Assembly: GCA_053919585.1 (NCBI GenBank)
Contig: CM132787.1
Strand: one strand, 5' to 3'
Length of the DNA stretch: 64,000 bases
Source: Euprymna scolopes
Taxonomy: Eukaryota
Position numbers and translations under genes: made by a program. Each line of letters opens with the position of its first letter. The stretch's first letter is position 1. This document shows, in pieces, positions 41,812 to 53,545 of this stretch. A model generated the notes under the pieces. The model had not been told where the DNA came from and searched no databases. It worked only from the letters and a program-made list of their open reading frames with translations.

Positions 41812-43400
41812 AATACAGATAATGTAATGTATTGTTGTTCCAAAAAGTATGCAATTTATTGTTTTGCAATACATCTATTCAATGTATTATGGGTTAATAC
41901 ATATATGCAAAAATATTGTGGGGTAATACATGTATGCAATATATTGTTGGGCAATACATGTATGAAATGTATTGGTGTGCAATACTTATAAGCAATATAG
42001 TGTTGTGCAATATATATGCAATGTATTTTGGGCAATACATGTGTGCAATGTATTGTTGTGCAATACATGTGTGCAATATATTTGTGGGCAATACATGTGT
42101 GTAATGTATTGTTGTGCAATACATGTGGGCAATGTATGTTTGGGCAATACATGTGTGCAATGTATTATTGTGCAATGTATTGTTGTGCAATACATGTGTG
42201 CAATGTATTGTTGTGCAATGTATGTGTGCAATGTATTTTTGTACAATACATGTGTGCAACGTATTGTTGTGAAATACATGCGTTCAATATATTGTTGTGC
42301 AATACATGTGTGCAATGTATTGTTATGCAATATATGTGTGCAATATATTGTTGTGCAATACATGTGTGCAATGTACTTTTGGGCAATACATATGTACAAT
42401 TTATTTTGGGCAATACACGTATGCAATATATTCTTTGGCAATACACGTATGCAATGTATTGTGGTGCAATACATGTATGCAATGGATCGTTGTGCAATAC
42501 ATGTGTGCAATGTATTGTTAGGTCATGCACGTATGGAATATATTGTTGTGCAATACACGCGTGCAATATATTGTTGTGCAATACATCTATGCAATGTATT
42601 GTTGGGCAATACATGTGTGCAATATATTGTTGAGTAATACACGTATGCAATATATTGTTGTGCAATATATTGTTGGGCAATAAATGTATGCAATGTATGT
42701 GTGTGCAATACATGTATGCAATGCATTGATGTGCAATGTATTGTTGGAAAATACATATGTGCAATGTAGTGTTGTGCAATACATGAATGCAATGTATTGT
42801 TGTGCAATACGTGTATGCAATATATTGTTGTACAATACATGTTTGCAACATATTGTTGGGCAATACATGTATGCAATGTATTGTTTGGCAATACATGTTA
42901 ACAATATATTGTTTGGCAATACGTATATACAATTTATTTTGGGCAAAACACGCATGCAATATATTGTTGGGCAATATACGTATGCAATGTATTGTTGTGC
43001 AATACATGTATGCAATGTATCGTTGTGCAATACATGTATGCAATGTATTATTGTACAATGTATTGGTGTACAATACATCTATGCAATGTATGTTTTGCAA
43101 TACATGTGTGCAATGTATTGTTGTACAATACATGTTTACAATATATTGTTGGGAAATACATGTATACAATGTGTTAGGCAATACACGTATGCAATATATT
43201 GTTGGGCAATAAATGTATGCAACGTATTGTTGGGTAATACACGTATGCAACGTATTGTTGTGTAATACCCGTATGCAACTTATTGTTGGGTAATACATGT
43301 GTGCAATATATTGTTGTGCAATACACGTATGCAATGTATTGTTTCACAGTACACGTATGCAATGTATTGTTTGGGTAATACGTTTATTACACATGTAATT
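41812..43400. repeat. 28-bp minisatellite array, right arm
   Basis: Same unit and orientation as 38000-40260. Confidence 0.97.
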
Positions 43401-44834
43401 GATCTCAGAGAAGAATAGACCAAATACTTTAATGTAATGGGCACTGAAATGTCGTAATAATGTTACAAATGTGTTTCATAGCTGGAAGGGATTCACAATG
43501 GTTGGATTAATCCTCTTCTGTGTTAGATATATTATAATTAATTTGATCTTATATAACCATGTTGCTTTGTTAACAATATCTTTCCTTTATTGATATAACT
43601 ATTTTTATGGCGCAATAATCGTTTATTTTAAGGAATTTTACACTGTTTCGGTTATGGCCCACTCGTAATCTATGTAGTGTATTTGTCTATTGTTTGGAGG
43701 CGATATATTGTGGAACATATTGATTGCAGAATATATAAATCTAAAGATGTTGACAGTTTTATAAAATGCTTTCTTTTACAAGTGGGACACAATATATAAA
43801 TTTATGTATGTTTTAACTGCATACATCTATCTGTAGATGATCTCGCTAATGAGATTTGATAGTATTAATTTATAGTCCCTGTAATATTATTAGGAATTTT
43901 AGTCTGGGAATTGCGACAGCTGCTGTGTATATAATATGGAACAAAATTGAAGACACAAAGATTTCTTTCCTTTTCAGTTAAGGTAAGTGATTCTTTTCAT
44001 CATTTTTTATGGTTTAAGTAGCAACAGTTAAAGAAATATGTCAAATAAATAATATTATTCATTACTGTTAGATACTGGCAGGCAATTCCGGAGAGAAAAC
44101 ATTATATTGGTTCCACAGACGCGAATGCTTCTAATGGGATGAATGCGGAGTTTTCCACAATTTTCGTAATTTAACCAATAAATATGTAATTGGATATCAA
44201 TCTACCAATAGATGTATTGGACAAAAGAACTATTACACCTTCTAATATGGAAGAAGGTTTATATAAAAAAAAAACTGTCACTAAGAAAAAGACAGCTAAT
44301 CGGTCAAACAGAGCGAGGCTTTTACATTCTCGATCCCATGACATCCGACACAGTCACAACTTTCCGCGTCTTCTAGAAACGTCAAAACACCGGTAATAAT
44401 TTACAATCAAAAGCTAATTTATCGTTGTGAAATAAAATCTATATAGTTTTTATAGATCAACTTTGTTGTACTTTTACAAGCTGTCAATGGGTGTGTATCG
44501 TGTACTAGCGACACGAGTAGATATTGATAATTATATATACTAGATGAACGCATTAAAAATAAAATTGCCGCAGCGAATGCGTAACACTACAGCATTTCAA
44601 AAGGTATTATATTAATGTCAAGCTTAATAAATAGGTATAGCCTAAGGCTTTTTTTTGGTGTCGTAATAATATCTTCACATTTTATTATCGAAATTATTTT
44701 AATGTGTTTACATTTCCCTTTAAATCATGTTTTCATCAACATTTTATATGCTTTCTATTTTTTCATTGTTATGTGTATGTAATTACTACAAGGGAATTCA
44801 ACTAAAAGGTGATACATATATACATATATATATG

Positions 44835-44876
<42 letters not shown>

Positions 44877-45129
44877 GTTGTGTGTGTGTTAGTGTGTGGC
44901 AAAAAAGTTATATAGCTTACTTTTAAAACCAGAATAATAGTTATTAAACTGTTCTATTTTTCATGAGAATCAGTAGGCGTCGAAATGTAAAAATAGCAAT
45001 AATCACCCCTTCTCCCATTAGAATGTTTGTATTTTACTGACAAATAAATTCACATATATCAATATATATTTATATTTATATATACACACATATATAAATA
45101 TATATATATATATACACATGCAGATACTA

Positions 45130-45262
45130 NNNNNNNNNNNNNNNNNNNNNNNNNNNNNNNNNNNNNNNNNNNNNNNNNNNNNNNNNNNNNNNNNNNNNNN
45201 NNNNNNNNNNNNNNNNNNNNNNNNNNNNNNNNNNNNNNNNNNNNNNNNNNNNNNNNNNNNNN
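45130..45262. other. assembly gap (N run)
   Basis: Run of N. Confidence 1.
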
Positions 45263-45269
45263 GACGACC

Positions 45270-45690
45270 ATTTCTTCCTCTTTCCTTTCCTCATTCCGTC
45301 GCTTGACAAAACAATGTTAGGAGCGCCTGTTTGCGTAAGTCACTTTCTTCATAAATGCTACCATGTAATCAGATTCCCTAATATTTTTGTTCAATTCCGC
45401 TTCCGCCTTCCCTGATTTTATGATCACATAGATGACCACTCGCATATGGTCTTCTTCGTCTAGTACTTCTCCGCGGTTATGGTTCGTCTTCTTCATAAAA
45501 CTCGCCTGGGGTAGTGTTATTTCGAGCGGAAACGTTGTCTTCTTCTGAAACATTGATGCGTGCCTCGGTGATAATGTAACGTAATCCCCCCATTGAGGAG
45601 CGGTTCATTCGGGCACGGTGCATTTCTAGATACGTGCCCATTCGGACATGCTGCCTGGGAGGACGCTGGGGGCGTGTGGATAACTCCCTG
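45270..45690 (-). mobile_element. possible LTR-retrotransposon pol 3' remnant
   Basis: Minus-strand frame ends ...EEDEP*PRRSTRRRRP, like the RRSTR motif at the C-terminus of Gypsy integrases. This is the only support. Confidence 0.3.
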
Positions 45691-45696
45691 CAGTTG

Positions 45697-46047
45697 TTTA
45701 TTAATCGTCCATAAGGAGACAGATGTTGAAATTGCGGTCGTTTTCTGCACGAGCGTGTGTGTGACACACGGAGAGAGAAGTTTATCATGTTAACCGTTCA
45801 TAAACAAACGTCTTAATTATGTCGAAATTGAGGTCGTTGTCTGCACGAGCGTGTGTGTAAAGTGTATCATATTAATCGTCCATGGGGAAACAGATTAATT
45901 ATGCCGAAATTGAGTTGTGCACGAGCGTTTGTGTGTAACGCGGAGAGAGAAGAAATGTATCATATTAATCGCCCATGGGGAGACATATTAATTATGCCGA
46001 AATTAAGGTTGGTGTGTGAACGAGCGTGTGTGCGTCGCACGGATTAA
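45697..46047. repeat. four diverged ~80-95-bp tandem units
   Basis: TTAATCG(T/C)CCAT...TTAATTATG(C/T)CGAAATT...GCACGAGCGTGTGTG recurs at ~45700, 45790, 45871 and 45965. Confidence 0.85.
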
Positions 46048-46519
46048 AGAGTTATTATGAGAACGTGTTTGGGAATATCGAGGAGAGTTCAATAAATTAT
46101 GGGGCTTATCTAGCTTCCTGTAGTTTTCTACTATTATTTTGACTATCCACGAGGGTACGGAGTAATTTTATTTAAACTGAATTGGTTGTTTAAACAGCCT
46201 TTGACAAAAAGGTGCGTAACTTTTTGTAATTAGTTGTGTACTAACAGACAGAATTTTCCTTGCTTTGTTTCGGGGATGGGCTTGATCAAGCTGGTGTATC
46301 TGTGGAGACCAGGAGAGATAGTCTGTTAGCAGAGCAGCGAGTGGTAGTGACAGAAGGAGGGAACTGTGTAACGCGACGTGGACAGAATCGCGAATTGTTG
46401 ACACTCGGTGGCCCTGCTTGTGGTTATGAAAAAATAGCATTGATGAACGCTCCGCCTGGAGGACGGTTGGGGAGACCGATGCTTGTCAGTCATAGCTGCG
46501 TTAATGAATACAAGAGATA

Positions 46520-47684
46520 ATTGACGAGTAGAATAATATACCCGAATATTAAACTCTTGTAGGATAAAACATTAGTGTTTATGTTTGAAGTATCGAAGAG
46601 GATTCGATAGAGCGAGGAACCAAATATAAGGTTTATCAAGTTGTATCCTATCATTGGGCACACCCTAGTTAGGGTTGGTAGCCAGTTACAGAGTGGAGTC
46701 AGAATATGTAGCGCTTAATATGGCAAGAGACAGATTTATGTTGTTGAATCAGCGAGAGTAATATGCCGAAATAATGGTCTTGAAAATTGCCGGTCACAGA
46801 GTCCGTTTTATGTCGCGGGAGATCATGAGTTGTGTATGTTGAGATTATTTCAGGGGGATGAGAGAGTGATAAATAGCGTTTGCAAGGTTGAAGTGACAAG
46901 TGAAGGTCTTTTGCTACTAGCTATACGAGTAGCTGAAGGCACCGGGGTGGTATCCACGCAACAGAAGATTGAATTGTCTAAGGTATGCGGTAATACGGCT
47001 GGTTGAATAATCAAGGTAGGATCACCTTTAACTATGGTAGAGCTGGACTAGGGTTGTGAAGCCCGGGAAAGGGGCATAGGATTACCTGCATATTATCGGG
47101 TTGAGGAACGGTATTTGTTAAAAGCACATGAGGTTGAGTGGGCGAATGACCAATTGACTAACTACACTGACCTCTGGGACCCTCTGATCTATCGTTCACC
47201 GCCACATACCCGACTTATGCTACCAAAAGCTATGGGAAGAGTTAGACGAATAGATTTGAATGAATTACAGGCCCGACAAAACGGTCTGGAGAATACAGAA
47301 GCTAGGGATGTGGTTCATAAGGTAGTGGTTACAGGAGCAGGAGTGAGCATGCTAGTAACGATAATTGTGTTGTTGTTGGTGGTTGTATGGTGCGTGAAGA
47401 GAGCGAATATGGGAAGAGATAAAGGTGGTGAGCATTTAGCGACAGATTGCCCGGATGACGGAAGAGTTCCTGGTTCGAAACCGCGTGTGGTTCTGGAAGA
47501 TGCAGCGTCTGGTGCTGACGAAAACGAAGTGCAACCCAAGAACTTCCCTGATGCTGAAATCCAGAAGAACTTAAGAGGACTTGATCTTCTTTCGTTTTTT
47601 TTTTCTTTTCTTTTCTCTCTGTTTTATATAAAATTTTTGCACGGCGCTGAGCTGAGAATCGCCGAAAGAAAGTCCCAACGATAA
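46520..47684 (+). pseudogene. decayed envelope glycoprotein gene (baculovirus F / errantivirus env-like, C-terminal half)
   Basis: Joined frames give LVASYRVESEYVALNMARDRFMLL / ICRNNGLENCRSQSPFY...LCMLRLFQGDERVINSVCKVEV...LSKVCG...VGSPLTMVELD*GCEARERGIGLPAYY, then a single TM helix (VSMLVTIIVLLLVVVWCV) and a cytoplasmic tail. Cys spacing matches F-type fusion proteins from memory. Stops and frameshifts present. Confidence 0.7.
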
Positions 47685-49149
47685 ATTGAATGACCGTCTA
47701 TTGAGGTGAGAAGAAGTCCTTAGTAAAAGAAAATCTTACAAAGTGCTTATAAAGAAATCATGAACTTTGAAATAAAAGGTGAAGGTTCAGCTACAGCTGC
47801 TTAAGGTGAGACAAAATCACCTAGCTTAAAAACCGGGTCCTTCGATAACCCTGATTAAGGGCTGCATACCCTGTATTACGAGACTGTGCTGGTGATAGAA
47901 GCGAAGTGAAAAGAAAAAAATTGAAAAAAAAGAACTCTTGTAAATTGTGACTGTGACTCTGTGGAAAACAAGTTTGAACTATGATAAAATTGATGAAAAT
48001 AAATTGAAAATAGGGGAATAACTCTTATAAAGCATTGAAATAAGTCGAGTAATGTTATTTTGAAAAAAGGGGGCACCACTTTTAAACAAGGGAAGTACCT
48101 CTTCTGAACTACTTGATGAACTGAATGCGTTTCATGGAGTGACAATTTTTCAAATGATGATTATCTTATCTTTGAATTATTAATGTGAATCGAAAAAAAT
48201 GAATATATAACCAACGAAAATATGGCATGTGGAAAAAATTGACGAACTTTGACCTTTTTTACATTTTTGATGATTTTACGAACTATTTTTAATTGACTTT
48301 CTTAGGGACTTTTGAATGAAAAGGGGGAGAACCCTGCATAAAAGGGTTAATATGGAATTGTGTATATATTATATTGTTGATGGACAATTTGAGGATGGAG
48401 AGAGGGATCTGTGAAAAAACATCTGACGGCGAACTGTAAAAATGGATGGAATGGTGTGTTAAGAAATTATACTCCATTGGTTCTACGAACAATATAGGCT
48501 AATGGGGGCGAATGTAAAGTAATCCTTCATCGAGGAGCGTTAGAACTACGCGGAAGTAGCTTTGTATTCCCGAGTGACGCCAGAAAACCCAAGGATTTAA
48601 GATAGAGAAGACGAATATATATTTTTTATTTTATGTCAAATAGTTATTGTTTGAAACCAGAGAAATATATGTTTACAGCTAAAAGTTGATAATAGGAGAT
48701 TTCACTTATAACATTGTCAGGCCTTAAATGAACTCAAGGTCGGATGTCAGAATTGACATCTGAACTTGGAAATCGTGAGAATGATTAATTCAGATTTCAG
48801 GTGTGGGAATCGTACCCACGCAACACCCTAAAGCGTTCGATTTCGTGGCTAAATCTTATTGACTGGCAAGAACTTCCATCCGACCCACATACCTTACTAT
48901 ATATAGGACTGTCGTGCAAAAATTAGTTGGAGTTAGAGTTAGGAGTTGAGCAGATTGCTTGTTGAATCCGAGAAGAGACGTGACCTATCCCCAACTAATC
49001 CATCCGTTTGTCGCTGTCTGTGAAGAGATTTGAAACTTTTAAAAGAACTTACAAAATCTTAATGAGAATTGTAAAAACATTTCTACATAATTCTGCCAAA
49101 TTCAGCTTCTGTAGATAGACTACATGAGTTTTCCTTTCTTCCTGTTTGC

Positions 49150-50290
49150 TGCTTTGGTATTCGCTTTCAGCATACTGGATTCCATGTAACATCATCAGAG
49201 ACGACTAGATGACACGTGCCGAGAATTCTAGAGTAATAATAGTCCTCAACCACCTTCTTAAATGAGGAGTTACATAGAAGTGAACCTTGCACTCTGGTTT
49301 AACGACTCGCTGTCCATATTATCGAGCCCCACATGTGAACGCCGATCCCTTGCATAGTGTGGTATTTCGACGGCAAGAACATTACGTCCAATTTAGCTCT
49401 TAACTAAGACAGAATCGCCCCCATTTTATCTAATCTGCTTCTGCTGTTCGTGCTTGATTAGAGAGGGTTATGTCGATAAATTTCAGTCAAACGAAGTAGC
49501 AATAAATTAGGTAAGTTTTTGCAGTCAGTGGTGGCAGATTGTCCTTATTTGTAGCATTGTAGTAATAGACTGCTTTCAATATGAAACACTATTTCCTTGC
49601 CGCAATTAACTTCACACTCTTATGACACCGCTCAACAATGCAATTGTCACAGGCCAATATGCACACAAACGTGCAACCGGCCCCCATTCACTAAGAAAGT
49701 TCTCACAGATCTTGCTGTGGGATGCTGCATCGTTGTCGACGAGAATTTTAGCCGGCGTTCTACGCTTGCAAAAAATATTTATAAGTGGGTGATGATGCTT
49801 GTCGCATACTGTCGTCTAAAATTAAGTCGGATTGAAAATAACGTGGATCCGCAGTCAATGAGCGACAGATACTGTGTGCCTTGGTAATAGGTGGCCTTTA
49901 TTTTCACTCGAAACTGAGCGTCGTTTACGCACAGGTTTTTATTGGCCAACTTGCGAGTGGTGGGTCAATGAACTGGAAGTTTCGCAATTTCTGAACACAG
50001 CTTTAACCATCAACTTAAGAATTGTGAGGCCAATTTTTTTAATAAAGTACATCGTTCGCCTTACGCTGGAGTTGTCACTTTGGTGATGCACCGACTTCAG
50101 GCAGTCAATATCGTACTTACCTGACGACGATTCTCCTGCACAGTACAGATGTTTACACATTTTTTTACGAGATCAAGCCATCGCCGTAGTACACGCGTTA
50201 GAGCCTGCCCTCTTTTACCTTCTGACCTCACTACGAACAGTTCTTATTCTACGGACAGTTTTTTTTTTCGCGACAAAATTAGGAAGCGAT
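49150..50290 (-). mobile_element. degenerate Gypsy integrase
   Basis: HQSDNSSVRRTMYFIK...FRNCETS (decayed HHCC zinc finger), QYLSLIDCGS, ILVDNDAA, FLSEWG, and NCIVERCHKSVKLIAARK (DDE core). Confidence 0.75.
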
Positions 50291-50299
50291 TAAATCCAG

Positions 50300-51340
50300 C
50301 GCCTGATAAACGCCTTGCTTAAATGTAGGTATGAACAGAGCATTTTTTAGAATACAGTTACAGATTTCGCCTTTATTATTGTTTAGGTATATTTTAGCAT
50401 CGCCTCTTTTCAAGACTATATCATTTATTTGACTACCGTCGGTAAGTTCGACAAAATGACTTTGAGGATTAAAGTTTGAATCAAAATTAATAACATCAGA
50501 TTCCTTGGTGATAACGTGCGCTGTACCACCACACTATACAAGGAGATTTTTACCGTTTGTGGTATTGCCAAAGTTAGATGTGAATAGAAATGTATGTTCT
50601 TCCTCAAAGTTCTCAACATTTTTTACGGAGTCCGTTTTAGAGCGTTTATATAGACATTTGATTTTTTTGTGGTTGGATCGTCAACAATTATAGCAGATAC
50701 TTTTATTCTTTTCTTGGGAAAATTACTTTTAGAGAATACGTTACGGTGATGTGCGTAATTTGGTGGTGGCTGTTTTCAAGAAGCATTTTTGAACTTCATA
50801 ATATTGCTGGTGTTATTATTTTCCACGAGCATACGATTAGTCTCTTCGTAACTGCGCGATGCCACTTTAAATTCGCTGAAATTTATGGGTTTGTTTTTCT
50901 GAGTTTTAACAGTTGTCAATAGTTTTAAATAAACTGGAAGTCCCTTGAGGGTCTTTGATATCAACAAGCTATCGCTTATTATTTAACCTGAGAGTTTTAA
51001 GGCATTGGCGGTTGTTTCTGCCCTTATAACGTATGCGGTAATCGTTTCATCCTCGTTACGTTTCAAAGACGTTAATTCTGCATATAGGGATATTATTTTC
51101 GGTTTCCCTTTTGATAAATAATTTTCTCGTAATATGTTCAATGCTTTCCTGCCATCATCCAATGCGTCCCTTATAATACGAGACAGACTTCTATCGTCTA
51201 AACATTGAATCAGTTCTGCAAAAATAGTCGCGTTATTTTTTGAAGAAGTTCGGGGTCGTTTGGATTCTCTGTTGTAGATTGTATGGCTTTGTGTAGTTTT
51301 GGAATTCTTAGATATCCCAGAACTTTTACTTGCCACAACC
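50300..51340 (-). mobile_element. degenerate Copia gag-protease
   Basis: IFAELIQCLDDRSLSRIIRDALDDGRKALNILRENYLSKGKPKIISLYAELTSLK (gag), TLKGLP...FSEFKVASRSYEE, CYNC*RSNHKKIKC zinc knuckle, and LLV*CGGTAHVI...HFVELTDGS...LKNALFIP (protease). Confidence 0.85.
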
Positions 51341-51367
51341 TCTTAAGTTCTGAGATAGTGTGTTGAA

Positions 51368-51441
51368 CAAAGATGGCGGCGTAGTTCAGATCAGTAACCA
51401 AGATGGCGGCGTAGTTCAGATCAGTAACCAAGATGGCGGCC
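51368..51441 (+). promoter_or_regulatory. 30-bp tandem repeat carrying three YY1-type motifs
   Basis: AAGATGGCGGC at 51370, 51400 and 51430 (unit CAAGATGGCGGCGTAGTTCAGATCAGTAAC). Confidence 0.6.
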
Positions 51442-51774
51442 AAGAATTAAATGCGGTCCGTGACGCAGTAAACGGCGAACTGATTGAATCCAAAATTCGA
51501 CAATTTTTATAATAATTTTAGGACGTTTTCATTGGTTGTTTAGCACAGCCGTTGGTTATAAATTTTTTTTGCGAATCCATTCGTTGCATACCCCCATCAC
51601 TGCGTCTTTTGATTCTGTGTTGTATACAAAAAGCGATTTCTCTCCTTTCTGTCATTTTTCTGTTATTTTCATTAACGTCGGATTTTTTTTCCACACGACG
51701 CCTTTTTTCCCTGCTTTTTACTGTTATTTTTAACAGTTTTGGGGCTTTTTTAACCGTTTTTAAACGGTCCGGCT

Positions 51775-53536
51775 ATGGCTGCTTCTGCGAGCCAGACGCC
51801 CATTATCATAGATACGATGGAGTCGGAAAATGCTACACCTTCTATGCCTAACATCTGGTCTAAAACCCCAAAGATGGACATCAACGTCAAAGACTTCGTC
51901 GAAAAGGCAAAACAATGCCTGGAGCTCGTCACCGATACAGGTTTAATCGTAAACCTACCAAAGTTGGAGGAAATCCGAAAAAAAGTGTATTGCACTATTT
52001 GTAGTTGACCGTAGAAAACAAATTAAAAGGTGATAAGAGAAAGTGCTGACATCGTTATTAACCTTTTGACCTCAGCAGGGGTATGACCCTTACGCATTGT
52101 AAAATGTAAGGGTTATAACACATGGAGTGTGCTTCTTAATTCACCGGAAGAATGCATAACTATTTCACAGAAAGAAATCATTACATCACAATATATTTTA
52201 AGGACTAAATACATGGGGAAACGTCAAACTACGGTTTCCGTTTTTAATGTTCCGCATCACATCCAAGGAGAGCATCTTGGCGCCTTCTTCCAAAAATTCG
52301 GCGAGATGGTAACAGTACAAGTTGAGGAGTTCCATGGTATATGGCCCTTCGACATCCTCCTTGATAAGGAAAATTTGTAAAAATCCCTTACTTCCTGAAG
52401 GTAGGAGAGGAAAAACTGCCCATAATAGTTGCTGGCAGAAGACCGACTTGTTGGAACTGCAGCAAGATTTGACACCTTACATTTGAGTGCCCCTTAAAGA
52501 AACCTTCACCAAACCCCAAAAGTCTCACAGGACAACACTTGGGAAGCACAACTTCTACAAGCTTACCCAAGCCTCTCACCGAAGAAACGACCAAAAACGC
52601 AGACGAAATACTCAGAGGAGAACCCTGGTAGATCGCTCCTGGAAAGAAAACCCCTGGACGCCTGAGCCTCGACCAGATGAAAGAGCAAGTCATTCTCCAA
52701 AACGATCCGGGTAAGGAAAAGTATATAGCGATCATTAATTTAAAAAAGAAACTGGACACTCAACCGCAACTACCCAAATACCAACGTAAACCCCCTTCTC
52801 CGAAAACAAGTCCCAGTCTTATAACCGCCCCTATCACTCAGTCTCCTACAAAGCCCAAAACTCCCCCTCTTTCAGAATGCCTCTTCCAGTCACAACTCCC
52901 GGTCCCTCACAAACAGCCCAAACTAACACCCCTAAGCCCTTTAAAAAAACACAAACCTTCCGCTCCTATTCCATCTACCTCTGCGACCGACATCACCGAA
53001 AAAAAACCCTTCTAACGCACATAGTGCAATGGACATTACTCCCTCACTCGAACACAAGAAAAAGGCCCTCTACCTCCCTGGCACAGACATCTGCATACTA
53101 AATCAAACAGCAATAAACAATCATAAAAACTTCAAAGGGACAGATCTCACAAAGCTAATAGAGTTCAGGGAGGTAGGGGGAAACTAATAGACACCCCTAC
53201 TAACTTTCCAAACGGTAAAAGAATACTAAGAATCATCTGTAAAAAAGAAGAGGCAAAAGAACTTTTGCAAAGGCTGGAAGAGGCCAACAAATCTTTCAAT
53301 CCCCCCCCAATTGTTATATTTAAAGACCAAGATATAAAAAGCCTTAAGAAATGTTGTGTTGGGAGGGTCCCGATAAACACCCCTCCCTGTATAGGATAAC
53401 AAAACTAACCTATCCTCTGCATGTCGGCGGTATCCCTCGTGAGGGACTCATCGATACTGTGATGGGTACCTATTCCCTCACGAGAGCTGTCGGCATGTTC
53501 ACGACCGCGATGTTCGTTTCTGGTTCTCAACCTTAA
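51775..53536 (+). pseudogene. Tx1 ORF1 (nucleic-acid binding protein), disrupted
   Basis: RTKYMGKRQTTVSVFNVP...LGAFFQKFGEM (RRM-like), VAGRRPTCWNCSKI*HLTFEC (CX2CX4HX4C), and a Pro/Lys/Thr-rich linker. Multiple stops and frameshifts. Confidence 0.8.
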
Positions 53537-53545
53537 GGGACACTC

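Noticed and set aside
37949-43362. Dozens of overlapping Cys/Tyr/His-rich ORFs up to 389 aa
   Set aside because: Artefacts of the 28-bp satellite: open in several frames on both strands with no domain structure.
38000-43400. CRISPR array (28-bp palindromic repeat)
   Set aside because: The units are contiguous with no unique spacers, there are no cas genes, and the context is eukaryotic.
43883-43990. Exon ending AAG|gtaagt at 43982
   Set aside because: All frames from nearby acceptors contain stops, and the alternative 5-nt micro-exon cannot be supported.
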